Assembly: GCA_035529595.1 (NCBI GenBank) | Contig: DATKWK010000017.1 | Coordinates: 314,961-378,960 of the forward strand | Origin: Candidatus Bathyarchaeia archaeon | GTDB taxonomy: Bacteria > Patescibacteriota > Microgenomatia > PFEM01 > JAFGMK01 | Direction: 5' to 3' | DNA: 64,000 bases | Shown here: positions 28,587 through 38,924 of the stretch, piece by piece | Layout: the number at the start of each line of letters is the position of its first letter | Position numbering within the stretch: position 1 is the stretch's first letter | Program-made: the position numbers and the translations under genes | The notes under the pieces: generated by a model | Seen by the model: the letters and a program-made list of their open reading frames with translations, nothing else | Database searches by the model: none | Told to the model about the DNA's origin: nothing

Positions 28587-29846
28587 TTAATGCCGGCAAC
28601 TGGCTTTCCAAAAGTTGGTCAGATAACCAAACTCCAAACTATTAATAATTTGATCTGACACAATATCAATCGAACCATTATTAGATAAATAAAAGCCCGT
28701 AAAAGTAATCGCATCATCAGTATCTATTTGGTCATTCTGTCCAAAACAAATAGGTCTTATTGGCGGTAAACAGTCGTCTGGGTTTAAACAGGGATTGTCG
28801 GTACTAAGAAGTTTGGATCTTATCCCCAAGGTAATACTCGATAGTTTTTGGTAGCCGTCTTGACTGCCTTGGCTGCTAATACCCGCAATGGCCATTTTTT
28901 GAGGCGAATCCTCTTCAAAAACCCGGATAATCGCCGAATGACTAGAAACATACCCTGGAACATAGATATATGGCTTACCCGTGGAATCGGGATTATCCCA
29001 ATAACCGGAGGAGTGGACAAACCAGCCCATACCGTATGGTCCTGGTTTGATTTGTGTCCACATTAAATCGCGGTGAAAACGGCTGATCAATTGGTCGTTT
29101 AATAACCCCGCCGCGTAAAGGGCTAAATGAGCGGCGTTAGTTTTAATTCCCCCACTGCCATACCAGCTGGCATTGGGATTCGTGGTTATCGCGATGTCTA
29201 GTTTCGGATTAAGATATTCATCCAAAAGTTGCTGATATGTCTCCCGGTCATAACGGCCTTCAAAGTTATTACAAGTTCCATATGAATGGCAAGTTACCTT
29301 GGCAAGATGCCAAAGGGTAAGATTAAAACCGTTATTGCAATATTGATAGGCTTCTCCTGGCGCTTGTCTTAAATCGTAGGTCTGTGGTGGTTCGCCGGTT
29401 TCATTGCAGCCAATGATTCCTGAACGGTTACTAAGTAAGTGGCGCAGGGTTACCGGGACAGGATTGCCGTTAAGATTAAAAGTATAGCCGGAGGGCGAAA
29501 CGTCATCATCTAAGTCGACAATTCCTTTTTCTTCCAAAATCATAGTTAATGCCGTGAGGATCGCTTTCGATACCGAGGCAATACCGCTTTCTCGCTCGGC
29601 CGCACAACCGTAGCCTCTAGCATAGACTAAGTTGCCGCCGTAGATGACGCCGATTGATGTTTGGTCATAACCGATGTCTTCAACTGCCTCGTCTATCGCT
29701 GAGGCAATTTCCGGCTTTAACTTTGACGTTGCCGTTGACGGTACGGTCGCTGATGCCGGTAAAGGAAAGATGAGAATTAGCAAACTAGTTTTGATTAAAA
29801 AGAAAGTTACCAAGGGCCGAAGACACTTTTGGAGTTTTTTAACCAT
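28587..29846 (-). CDS. serine hydrolase, beta-lactamase/PBP-like family
   Basis: Signal peptide, S-x-x-K motif (SVSKAI), 419 aa. Confidence 0.65.
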   Translation of the reverse strand: MVKKLQKCLRPLVTFFLIKTSLLILIFPLPASATVPSTATSKLKPEIASAIDEAVEDIGYDQTSIGVIYGGNLVYARGYGCAAERESGIASVSKAILTALTMILEEKGIVDLDDDVSPSGYTFNLNGNPVPVTLRHLLSNRSGIIGCNETGEPPQTYDLRQAPGEAYQYCNNGFNLTLWHLAKVTCHSYGTCNNFEGRYDRETYQQLLDEYLNPKLDIAITTNPNASWYGSGGIKTNAAHLALYAAGLLNDQLISRFHRDLMWTQIKPGPYGMGWFVHSSGYWDNPDSTGKPYIYVPGYVSSHSAIIRVFEEDSPQKMAIAGISSQGSQDGYQKLSSITLGIRSKLLSTDNPCLNPDDCLPPIRPICFGQNDQIDTDDAITFTGFYLSNNGSIDIVSDQIINSLEFGYLTNFWKASCRH

Positions 29847-30098
29847 TTTCTTATTTTATCATCTTCTCCTATATCTGAGGTAATATAGCGAATTTCGCAC
29901 TTTACTTTCATTCTAAAATAACTTGACCACTAGTGATATATTTAAAGCTTTTTCGAAATGACTGATTGACTGACGTATAATTCTTACTTGCCTGGTAACT
30001 AGCCCTGGGGCTTCAATAGAATATTCTTGGCGATTTTGAAAATTTATTAATTTAAGTTAGAATTTTGATAAGGCTATCGGGAAAGGAGGTGATATAGG

Positions 30099-30695
30099 AT
30101 GAAGAAGATAATAATGATAACCTTAGCGGCATTAATACTTGTTCCCTCTTTTGTATCTGCTCAGGGGACCCAGCAGCAAAAAAGAATTCAAGACCCGTCT
30201 ACTCACGAAAGCGGTACGTCGGTTCCCCAAGGTAATCAGGTCCAGAATCAGGTCCAAGTCCAAACCCAAAATCAAGGAGAAGCCACTCAACTTCAGGTCG
30301 CCACCCAGCAGATGGAACAGCTAATGGAAATGGAGGGTTTGGAGGAAGGGGTTAGCAATCAGGTAAGAACTATTGCTCAAGAACAAGTCCAATCCCAAAT
30401 CCAGATCCAAACTCAAATTAGCCGGCTTGAGTCAAGATCCGGTTTGAGGAAGAGACTTTTTGGGCCGGATTATGGTGCGATTAAGAATCTCAAACAACAA
30501 ATGGATCAGAACGAGCTGAGAATCCAACGGCTCGAACAGCTCCAAAATCAAGTGACTAATCGGGCCGATGAAGCGCAACTGCAGGAAGCGACTCAGGCTT
30601 TGGTTGAGCAAAATACGAACTTGGAGGAGCAGATACAAGCGGAAGAGCAGGTCAGAAGTATTTTTGGCTGGCTGGTTAAGCTCTTTATTATATAG
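30099..30695 (+). CDS. secreted Gln-rich coiled-coil protein, hypothetical
   Basis: RBS ggaggtg, signal peptide, and long Q/E-rich heptad-like repeats. Confidence 0.4.
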   Translation: MKKIIMITLAALILVPSFVSAQGTQQQKRIQDPSTHESGTSVPQGNQVQNQVQVQTQNQGEATQLQVATQQMEQLMEMEGLEEGVSNQVRTIAQEQVQSQIQIQTQISRLESRSGLRKRLFGPDYGAIKNLKQQMDQNELRIQRLEQLQNQVTNRADEAQLQEATQALVEQNTNLEEQIQAEEQVRSIFGWLVKLFII

Positions 30696-30724
30696 TGATA
30701 ATCCAATCAGAGGAGGTGATTTTT

Positions 30725-30997
30725 TTGAGCGGAAAAAAACATTTTACTGCTGATGAAGCTAAGGAAATCGGCGGGCAGCTGGGGATTAAGTGGGATAAGT
30801 TTGATGTTGACCAGTTTAGGAGAGGAATGGATGTCGAGCTAGAGCACGGTTTGGCTGATCCGCACACGAATGTCAGCAACGACGACCCACTGGTCACCGG
30901 GAAAATTGCCCTGGCCCATCTGAATGAATTTCCCGATTACTACACCAGGCTTGAAAAGATGGAAAAAGAAGCCGATAACTTTTGGGGTAAAAGTTAA
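30725..30997 (+). CDS. hypothetical protein
   Basis: RBS gaggaggtg 6 nt before the TTG at 30725. Conserved-looking VELEHGLADPH segment. Confidence 0.4.
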   Translation: MSGKKHFTADEAKEIGGQLGIKWDKFDVDQFRRGMDVELEHGLADPHTNVSNDDPLVTGKIALAHLNEFPDYYTRLEKMEKEADNFWGKS

Positions 30998-30999
30998 AA

Positions 31000-31588
31000 A
31001 AAGAGCGGTTTTAATCCAGGTAAAGTGGCAGGCTTCGTATCAATTTTGAAACTTCTTTAGCTTTCTTAATGTGTTGGAGTGCTTTTTCATTAACGACATG
31101 AGTTAATTTATTGTCGGGGTACTTCTTTTCAAGTCCGAGTAATATTTGATCAAGCTGTTCGTAAGTAAGCCCCATGGCCTTTTCCCATGGTTGGTTGCCA
31201 TAGATGTCTCCGGATGATTTTTTTTGAGTTATCTCTTGAGGAACGCCAATGCTGATTGCCAGCTCTTTTATTTGCGATTTATATAAGTGTCTTAGAATGG
31301 CTATATCACAGGCGCCGTCGCTATGAGGGTCAAAGAGACCAATCGAGTATTCCGATTTGTCAAGAGTACCAATACCGCGTAATTATGAAGCCAGGCATAA
31401 ATAATATAAATGCACCATTCTCGCTCTTGCCTTAGTAAGCGAAAAGGCGTTCATTTTATACATTTCCTTACTTCTGAGTTTGAATAATAATGGCAGCTCT
31501 TCCAATCCGTACATTTCTTAGATAGTCTTCAACCTGCTCTTCACTTGGAATGCGCCCTGAAGCTTCAGACGTAGTCAGACACCATTGA
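31000..31588 (-). pseudogene. nadE: NAD+ synthetase (nadE) remnant
   Basis: A stop-bounded reading frame absent from the provided ORF list translates to RGIGTLDKSEYSIGLFDPHSDGACDIAILRHLYK...GDIYGNQPWEKAMGLTYEQLDQ, matching the NadE C-terminal half. Upstream fragments (FSLTKARARM, EEQVEDYL) lie in other frames and the PP-loop SGGxDS region is absent. Confidence 0.5.
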
Positions 31589-32551
31589 CTAGGGAAGTAT
31601 AAATGCTTCTTGGAGGTCTGGTACAAGATCTATATCTTGGGCAGTAAGTGTAAATTGTCCTAGCACTTTTCCGGTAGTGGTGGTGTTTTTTACATCAAGA
31701 TAGAGTAGAAGGTTTGCTTCTTCGTCAACACAGAAATCGAATATCCGATATTCATCTTTTACTATTTTGCACTTCGTAGAGTAGCCGGCAATCTCACGTT
31801 TACCGTTTTGCTCTTGGGCTCGTTCAAGATTTGTAATTTCAGGTAGAAGCTTACTTAAGATACGGGAATCTAGGAGACTGTTGAGAAACTCGGTAAGGGG
31901 AATCGGTGTTTGGATTTCTGCTTCAAGAAATTTTGGTAAAGCTTGATAGCATTCTGGTGGTTCGGCTGCGGTAACATTACAACTAGAATAACCGCTACCG
32001 TCAAATAAGTAAATTGTTTTGTATTCGATATTTTCCCGGTTTGTATTGAAATCAACTCGCCATCTAAAGGGATCAGGGGCAACGTATACTACTAGGGAAT
32101 TGGAAGATGACGGGCTTGCGACAGAGTCAAAAAAGGTATAGTTGGTTTTTGCTGGACTCTTTACCCATTTTTCTGCGAAACGTTCGGCTTCTTTTAAAAA
32201 TGCCCTGGGAGGCTCGGGAACTATTCCTCCTGTCATTTCACCGGTTGCCGGTCTGGCGAAACGAGAGGCCATCTTCACAAATTCAGAAAGGGCAGATAAT
32301 GTGGCCGGAGCTGGTGGTGCGGGAGTTGATGGTGTTTGGGGGTTTTGTTTCCCTAGCCGTTGGTTTTGAGAAACTGCAAAACCAATTAACCCTAGAAGGA
32401 TTAAAAATAAGGCTATTATTCCAGCCATCAAGCTAGACTTTTTTATGGGAACCTTAGGATTTTGAGTATCAAATTGAGGGTTTTCTTGAAGAGCAGTTTG
32501 AGTTTCAGTCAGCCTAGTCTTACTGTCATTTAGTCTTGTTTCTTGTTCCAT
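31589..32551 (-). CDS. membrane-anchored hypothetical protein with Pro-rich linker
   Basis: 320 aa with a TM helix followed by PQTPSTPAPPAPA. Confidence 0.4.
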   Translation of the reverse strand: MEQETRLNDSKTRLTETQTALQENPQFDTQNPKVPIKKSSLMAGIIALFLILLGLIGFAVSQNQRLGKQNPQTPSTPAPPAPATLSALSEFVKMASRFARPATGEMTGGIVPEPPRAFLKEAERFAEKWVKSPAKTNYTFFDSVASPSSSNSLVVYVAPDPFRWRVDFNTNRENIEYKTIYLFDGSGYSSCNVTAAEPPECYQALPKFLEAEIQTPIPLTEFLNSLLDSRILSKLLPEITNLERAQEQNGKREIAGYSTKCKIVKDEYRIFDFCVDEEANLLLYLDVKNTTTTGKVLGQFTLTAQDIDLVPDLQEAFILP

Positions 32552-32701
32552 AGCCTATTCTACTGTAGCATAATCTTTTTGCTCATACCAGAACTATGTC
32601 TTAAAAGCTGAAAATCTACTGGTGGTCATTCGCAAGATTTGCTAAAGTTTAAGCTAGTTGAAAGTCCATGAAAAATTGCTGTTCTAAAAAATAATGTAGG
32701 T

Positions 32702-33000
32702 ATGAACAAAGTAAAAGTTTTAATTGAGGGCTATGCCAGAGAGATAAAAGATGGTTTCGTCGCTTCGTCGACGACTGTCTTGATTAAGAGTAACGGGAAA
32801 CGAATCGTTGTGGATCCGGGAATAAACAGGAAATTGCTGCTTGCAAAACTTAGAAAAGAGGGTTTGAAATTAGAAGATATTGATTTTGTTTATATGACCC
32901 ATTACCACTTGTGAAGAACGAGAAGTTACTGATCGGAAGTCGCAAGAGGATCTTGAAAATTGCGGATTGGATTATCCCCGGTCACGGAAGAATGTTTAGG
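32702..33000 (+). pseudogene. MBL-fold metallo-hydrolase remnant
   Basis: The N-terminal 70 aa end at THYHL* (truncated HxHxDH motif). 3 nt after the stop, in frame +1, comes KRILKIADWIIPGHGRMFRNK*, the C-terminal His motif. The ~150-aa core is missing. Confidence 0.55.
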
Positions 33001-33028
33001 AATAAATAAAACAAAGGATCATCAAATT

Positions 33029-33277
33029 ATGAGTATCTGGACTAAAAATATTTTGCGTTTTAAACTGGTAAGAGTTTCAATCGCTATTGGAGTGATTACG
33101 CTGCTAATATTTTATCTGATTGATTATAACTCTGTTGAAAATAAATGCAGACGCCAGATAAATAAATCAAGCTCTTATTTGCCGATACGATCCTCAAATA
33201 AATTACAGGAGTTGCAACTTGATACGGTAAAAAATCAACTAGAAGAGGAATGTATTAATAATAACGGCGTGCGCTAA
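33029..33277 (+). CDS. small membrane protein, hypothetical
   Basis: ATG at 33029 (MSIWTKN...). The longer ORF start overlaps the MBL remnant. Confidence 0.3.
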   Translation: MSIWTKNILRFKLVRVSIAIGVITLLIFYLIDYNSVENKCRRQINKSSSYLPIRSSNKLQELQLDTVKNQLEEECINNNGVR

Positions 33278-33296
33278 TTGATATAAAAATAATTTT

Positions 33297-33557
33297 ATGG
33301 ATAAGTTTCTCAATTCTTATTGGTTTATTCTGGAAGAAACGTGGTCTCAGCTTTCTTTCCTAATTAATAAAAAGCCATCAGAGGAATATGAGTATAGTTT
33401 TTTTGCTGTCAACAAGAATGGTGGTTACCAGTCTTCAGTAATCTATAAGCAAAATGAGATATTTAATTATTGGGTTCCGGAACGTATGCAGCCTTGTGAA
33501 TTTTCTCAGGCTTTCTCAGGAAAGTATCCCGAGATAGTGAAATTAACAAATCCTTGA
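33297..33557 (+). CDS. hypothetical protein
   Basis: 86-aa ORF. Contains the tandem TTTCTCAGG repeat at 33502-33520, so it may not be a real gene. Confidence 0.25.
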   Translation: MDKFLNSYWFILEETWSQLSFLINKKPSEEYEYSFFAVNKNGGYQSSVIYKQNEIFNYWVPERMQPCEFSQAFSGKYPEIVKLTNP

Positions 33558-33629
33558 TGGTTTTTTAGTGGCGGAACTTTTTTATCTCTTTAAAACCCTG
33601 TTAGATTTTTATTCTGATAAAATCGAAAT

Positions 33630-34139
33630 ATGAAAATACTTGTATTTACAGAAGGCACTATTTTAATGCATTCGTCTGCCAAAAGCTTGATTAGAGAGCA
33701 GAGAGTTGAACAATCGAAAGCAAGATCGGAATTGTTGCCTACCCGCTTTTTTATGGAAGAGATTCCCAATGGTAATGCAGTTAAAAAATTAAAGGTTTGG
33801 AAAAATCAAGGTGCAGAGATTTTTTATCTGACCTCAAGAACTACACAAAAACAAATAGGTGATATCAAAAATATTCTTAAAAAATATCACTTTCCAGATA
33901 ATAAAAACTTGTTTTTTCGTAAAAAGGGAGAACAATATAAAGATGTAGCTGAGAAACTAATGCCTGATATTTTAATAGAGGATGACTGTGAGAGTATTGG
34001 TGGTATGTCAGAAATGACTTATCCACACATCCGAAAAGATTTAAAATCTAAGATAAAATCAATTGTTGTCAAAGAATTTGGGGGAGTAGGCCACTTACCA
34101 AGTGATTTAGAAGAACTGCAAAATTATGATTCGAAATAA
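33630..34139 (+). CDS. hypothetical protein (HAD-like features)
   Basis: 169 aa. N-terminal ILVFTEGT and alternating beta/alpha pattern. Confidence 0.3.
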   Translation: MKILVFTEGTILMHSSAKSLIREQRVEQSKARSELLPTRFFMEEIPNGNAVKKLKVWKNQGAEIFYLTSRTTQKQIGDIKNILKKYHFPDNKNLFFRKKGEQYKDVAEKLMPDILIEDDCESIGGMSEMTYPHIRKDLKSKIKSIVVKEFGGVGHLPSDLEELQNYDSK

Positions 34140-34524
34140 AGCGTATAAAACATGAAGAGTTGTTCTCTCAATAAATTTCATTATTTTTCTTACTCATTTT
34201 CTAAAAGATATCACTCAAGACGTATCAAAAATTTCTGCCACTTTTTTGGCTAACTTACCTAGTCCTAGATTTTAATTATTAAAGTAATTTACGATGGAAA
34301 AAATTAATTTGGACTTATCACAATAGAATCGGTTTGTAAAAAACGATGATTGTTAATAAGATTAGACTCTGATCAAAATCTATAATAGAAATTTAATCCC
34401 GAAACGGAGATCCCGACGCTTCGGGATGGAAAGTTTATATGTTAAGGGGAGTCAGTTCTAAAAATCGTCCTAGGCAACGTAGCTCATAGGATAGGATTTA
34501 ACTTTTTGTTATACTTCCGTTAAG

Positions 34525-35259
34525 ATGAGTTTTATCCCACTTAGTGAAACCAAAAATATACTCCGAAGAATTGGAAAGTATTGGATAGTTTTTACAGGTG
34601 ACTCAATTACCAGCTGCGAGTGGGTTCACCCGAATTGGAGAGATATTGTTATTTATGTCCTTCGAGAAGAATTGACTGTATTTTTAAAAGGCGATTGGAA
34701 AACTTCTGAATGGGAAGTAAAAGGCTTTAATTTTGCCTATGACGGAGCAACAACAAAAGATATCTTAGAAAAAATTGATAACATTCTCTTGATTAAACCT
34801 CAGCTTGTAATTGGACTTATGGGTGGAAACGACCCTGTTTTAGGAGTCAGTATTAATGAATCTATCAATAACATCCAAAAGATTTCAACGTTAGTTACGA
34901 ATTTAGGTTCAAAACTTATTTGGTGTACTTCTACACCGGCCGGGAAGGGTTCAATGAAAAATCCAGAATATGAACCATACTCTAAGGCTTTCATGGAAAT
35001 TCCCGACAAAAGAAATTTTTTTAAGGTGGATATGTTTAATCTCTATCAAAATTTTCCTACGGACAAATTTTTTACTTTTTTATCTGAGGAAAATCCGGTG
35101 GAAGGAATCAAGGAGGGCGAACCTGATTTACAACATCCCAACCAGCTAGGTAATGCTTATATCGCAAAGGTTATTCTCGAAAAAGTATTCGGAATTATTT
35201 TTGACCCTGAAAAATACATTAAAGAAACTTTTCAAGGTAAAAAGTACCCTGGTTATTAA
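34525..35259 (+). CDS. SGNH/GDSL hydrolase
   Basis: Block I FTGDSIT, block III GGNDP, block V DLQHPN. Confidence 0.75.
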   Translation: MSFIPLSETKNILRRIGKYWIVFTGDSITSCEWVHPNWRDIVIYVLREELTVFLKGDWKTSEWEVKGFNFAYDGATTKDILEKIDNILLIKPQLVIGLMGGNDPVLGVSINESINNIQKISTLVTNLGSKLIWCTSTPAGKGSMKNPEYEPYSKAFMEIPDKRNFFKVDMFNLYQNFPTDKFFTFLSEENPVEGIKEGEPDLQHPNQLGNAYIAKVILEKVFGIIFDPEKYIKETFQGKKYPGY

Positions 35260-35516
35260 GAATCCGGAAATCGTCCCACTCTGCAAAGTTCAAACCAGTA
35301 TGTAAAGCGAGCTGATAAGCGAATATTTTGCTGGAAAGATGTTTTGTAGTATAATTACTAACATGTTTGGATCGCTCTCTACAATTAAATACCCAGCTAT
35401 GCTCGTTGGTAACGAGATTTTTTTGCTGGTTTCGTAGAGAGAAGATTAAAAAACCAAATAGAAGTTAAGAAGAAACGAGACCAGCCAAAAAGGCTGGTTT
35501 TTTGGTTATAGTAATT

Positions 35517-36737
35517 ATGGCTATGCTGAGTAAAATTTCAAACGATAAAATAAAAAGTACCGTTTGGCGCTATTATCTCTTTTGTTTCCTGAAAAATTTT
35601 GCCTTTTTTTCAGCGGTACTGGTGCCTTTCTTTACCCAGTGGGGACAGATTTCTCTGACTCAGGTACAGGTTCTTCAATCTTGGTTTATGTTTTGGATAT
35701 TTCTATTGGAGGTACCGACCGGGGCAATCGCCGATTATCTGGGCCGTAAGCATTCTCTTGCCTTGGGAGCAATAATTGCAACTGTTGCCGCTCTGGTTTA
35801 TGGGAGTGTTCCTCGGTTTGCCGTATTCTTGCTGGGGGAGTTTCTTTTTGCAATGTCGGCGGCGCTAATTTCCGGAGCGGATAGTGCCTTACTTTACGAT
35901 ACGTTGAAAGAAGCCGGTAAAGAAGATGAGAGTAAAAAGATATTTGGAAGAGCCCATACTTTTCATTTGCTGGGAGTCTTTATTTCCGCGCCTTTAGGCA
36001 GTCTGATTGCGTCACACTTTAAACTGAACGCGCCCATGCTCTTTTCAGCGATTCCAATGATACTGGCAGCTCTGATAGCTTGGAGTATAAAAGAACCTGT
36101 TGTTCGCGGAAAGACTTCGGAGTCAAAACGCTACCTTGATATAGCCAAGAAAGGATTTTCCTACTTTCGTAACCACAAAACTCTGCGGCTACTGGCTTTT
36201 GATGCCATAATTGTTGCCTCTGCCGCCTATTTTGTTATTTGGCTATATCAGCCATTGTTCATAAGCATGAAAGTTCCGGTTGTTTATTTTGGTTGGTTTC
36301 ATGCTTCGTTGGTGGGAATAGAAATGCTTATAGCCAGTAACTTTGTTCGTTTAGAGAAACTGTTTGGTTCAGGGAAAGCATATTTGAGATTTACCGCGGT
36401 TATCACGAGCGTTGCTTTTCTCATAACAGCTGCTTTCCCCAATATCGTTACCGTTATTCTGCTAATCGTCTTGGCTGGAGGATTCGGTCTTACCAGGCTT
36501 GAGTTAATGTCTGCTTATATGAACAGATTTATACCTTCCGAGCAAAGGGCGACTGTTCTTTCTTCGATCTCTATGTTCAGGAGATTCACTTTAGTGTTTC
36601 TAAACCCGGTCATCGGTTTTACGGCCGATCATTCGTTAAGATTTGCTCTTATAGTAGTTGGTTTATTGCCTTGGTTGGTATTTCTTTTTTCCCCTCTGGA
36701 ACAAGAGGTATTCGAACCGGCTAAGAAAAGGACATAG
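35517..36737 (+). CDS. MFS transporter
   Basis: About 12 TM helices. ATG at 35517 is preferred over the upstream TTG. Confidence 0.75.
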   Translation: MAMLSKISNDKIKSTVWRYYLFCFLKNFAFFSAVLVPFFTQWGQISLTQVQVLQSWFMFWIFLLEVPTGAIADYLGRKHSLALGAIIATVAALVYGSVPRFAVFLLGEFLFAMSAALISGADSALLYDTLKEAGKEDESKKIFGRAHTFHLLGVFISAPLGSLIASHFKLNAPMLFSAIPMILAALIAWSIKEPVVRGKTSESKRYLDIAKKGFSYFRNHKTLRLLAFDAIIVASAAYFVIWLYQPLFISMKVPVVYFGWFHASLVGIEMLIASNFVRLEKLFGSGKAYLRFTAVITSVAFLITAAFPNIVTVILLIVLAGGFGLTRLELMSAYMNRFIPSEQRATVLSSISMFRRFTLVFLNPVIGFTADHSLRFALIVVGLLPWLVFLFSPLEQEVFEPAKKRT

Positions 36738-36765
36738 GATTTATTCTATATGCTACAATTTGGCC

Positions 36766-37266
36766 ATGAAGATTCGCTATATTGTCTGTGGGATCATCCA
36801 AAACGGAACTAAAATTGTCCTCGGAAAGAAGGCAAAAGGTGAATTTCCGTATCCTGATGTTTGGCATACAGCCGGAGGCGGGGCTGAAGATATCAAGCTG
36901 GCAAAAAGACTCTATGAAGTCGGTGATTATGATAATAAATATTTCCATAGTGAGCTCCGGAGAGAACTTAAGGAAGAGTTAAATATTGAAGTTACCAACA
37001 TTAAATGTATCGTCCCACAATATCGCTCCCAGGTCCGCCAAGATAAAACCGAGAATAAAAAGCGCGTAATGACCCACTACTATTTTTTAGAATATCTCTG
37101 TGACTACGCCGGCGGTGAATTGAGACCAGGAGATGATTTGGCAGAAGCTGAATGGTTTGAAAAAAGTAAACTGGTCTTAGTTCGCCTCACGCCCCCAAGT
37201 AAAGATCTTTATCGGGAATTAGGCTGGATTAAGGGCAAGTGCCTGCTGGAGAGCCTTATATTTTAA
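36766..37266 (+). CDS. NUDIX-like hydrolase, divergent
   Basis: WHTAGGGAEDIK...RRELKEELNI resembles a Nudix box with an insertion. Start taken at ATG 36766, because the upstream ORF extension overlaps the MFS gene. Confidence 0.4.
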   Translation: MKIRYIVCGIIQNGTKIVLGKKAKGEFPYPDVWHTAGGGAEDIKLAKRLYEVGDYDNKYFHSELRRELKEELNIEVTNIKCIVPQYRSQVRQDKTENKKRVMTHYYFLEYLCDYAGGELRPGDDLAEAEWFEKSKLVLVRLTPPSKDLYRELGWIKGKCLLESLIF

Positions 37267-37883
37267 GCCAGTACTTGGCCAAGAATAAAATCGAGATTTC
37301 CGGGCTGCTCTCCGGAAAGGCAGCTTGGTTAGGGAGCGAATATCCCTGGCCATTCGTAGAAACGGATTTTCAGATTAGAGTTGACTCCGAGTTAAAGTAT
37401 CCCAAAATAGCAGCTTACGCGATATTGGGCTTGGCTGCTTTTCTCCTCTGGGCGTCAATCCACGGTACTTATCTTGCGGTACAGCTTTTTAACAAGTTCT
37501 CAAGTTTTTAAAATCCCTTATAAATTCTGTCCATTACTTTACCCGTTCCATCTACGCGGCATTCAAAAAAGCCCGGATAATAGGTGGTACAATGGTACTC
37601 AGATTAATGGGGATTAGGGACTGAAAAATACAGTACTGAAACTTTTTTCGATGTATAAGAAATAATCTACACTGTATATCCTTTGGGGAATTTTACCACA
37701 TAAGTGATGTCCGATAATTAAGATTACTAAGAAGACACAAAACTCGACCTTCATAGCCGCTATCTGCAATTGAATATGTTTATTTAAAGGAGTCTGGATT
37801 TCGGCTATAATCAGCGTACGGAATTAAAATGAAAAGGCTGTTTTTTAATCTCAACTGTTAACAATAAAGTGCTAAAAAATCAA

Positions 37884-38852
37884 ATGAAAATTGCTAAAAC
37901 CAAAACTATTAGAATCGTTCCCAAGGCACCTTTCGATTTTGATTCTACCTTTCATAAGCCGGATCATTTCACTTCAGGTGATAATCACTGGGTGCCGGGT
38001 ATCCGTTGGCAGACTTACTATTGGCAAGGTAGAAAATTAGGCTTGAAATTTGAAGATAAGGGGGAAGTTAATTCACCTGAAATTATGGTTACTATTTATG
38101 TTAATTTTAAACCGGAGAATAAACTCGTAAGTTCTCTAATAGAAGAGCTTAAATATCGGTATAATCTTGATTTAAACCTGTCCGGCTTTTATAAAGCTTT
38201 TGCCCACGACAAAACTCTTGGCCCGGTTATTAAGCGCTGGCGGGGAATGCGGCCCGGTCATTCCAATTCCCTTTACGAATATCTGATTATCGGTATTGTT
38301 CTCCAGAATGCTACCGTCAAGCGCTCAATTCAGATGTTCCAAGCGCTTTTGGAAAATTACGGCACCCTACTTGAGTTTGACGGCCAAAAACTCTGGTGTT
38401 TCTGGCGGCCAGGCGGCCTAAAGAATGTAACCGAGGAGGAGCTAAGAAGTTTAAAAATTGGCTACCGGGCTAAGTTCATTAAACGGATCGATGACTATTT
38501 TACCAGTGGTAAAATTGACGAACTGGATTTGAGGAAAAAAGACCGGGAAATCCAAATGGAAGAACTGCTTGAATTATACGGTGTTGGACCGGCGACGGTC
38601 TGGTATCTGCTTTTCGATGTTTTTCATCACTGGAACTTTTTTAATCATATTTCTCCTTGGGAACAAAAGATTTATTCTAAATTGTTTTTTAATAGAGACC
38701 CGGAAAATCCTGTTCCGGTTAAAAAGATACTTAAATACTTTAAGAAATTTGGTAACTTTAAACGGCTGGCCGTTCATTATATCTGGGAAGATTTATGGTG
38801 GAAACGAAAAGAAAAGCATCTACCCTGGCTGGAAAAACTGATCAGGATTTAA
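37884..38852 (+). CDS. HhH-GPD superfamily DNA glycosylase (AlkA/OGG-like), putative
   Basis: Helix-hairpin-helix LLELYGVGPATVWYLL followed by an Asp. 320 aa. Confidence 0.45.
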   Translation: MKIAKTKTIRIVPKAPFDFDSTFHKPDHFTSGDNHWVPGIRWQTYYWQGRKLGLKFEDKGEVNSPEIMVTIYVNFKPENKLVSSLIEELKYRYNLDLNLSGFYKAFAHDKTLGPVIKRWRGMRPGHSNSLYEYLIIGIVLQNATVKRSIQMFQALLENYGTLLEFDGQKLWCFWRPGGLKNVTEEELRSLKIGYRAKFIKRIDDYFTSGKIDELDLRKKDREIQMEELLELYGVGPATVWYLLFDVFHHWNFFNHISPWEQKIYSKLFFNRDPENPVPVKKILKYFKKFGNFKRLAVHYIWEDLWWKRKEKHLPWLEKLIRI

Positions 38853-38924
38853 AAGCAGCAGTATACTGAAATTAGATAATGGCCTAAAATTAGATTAATT
38901 GATGGTCTTTGGCCAAGAATAATC

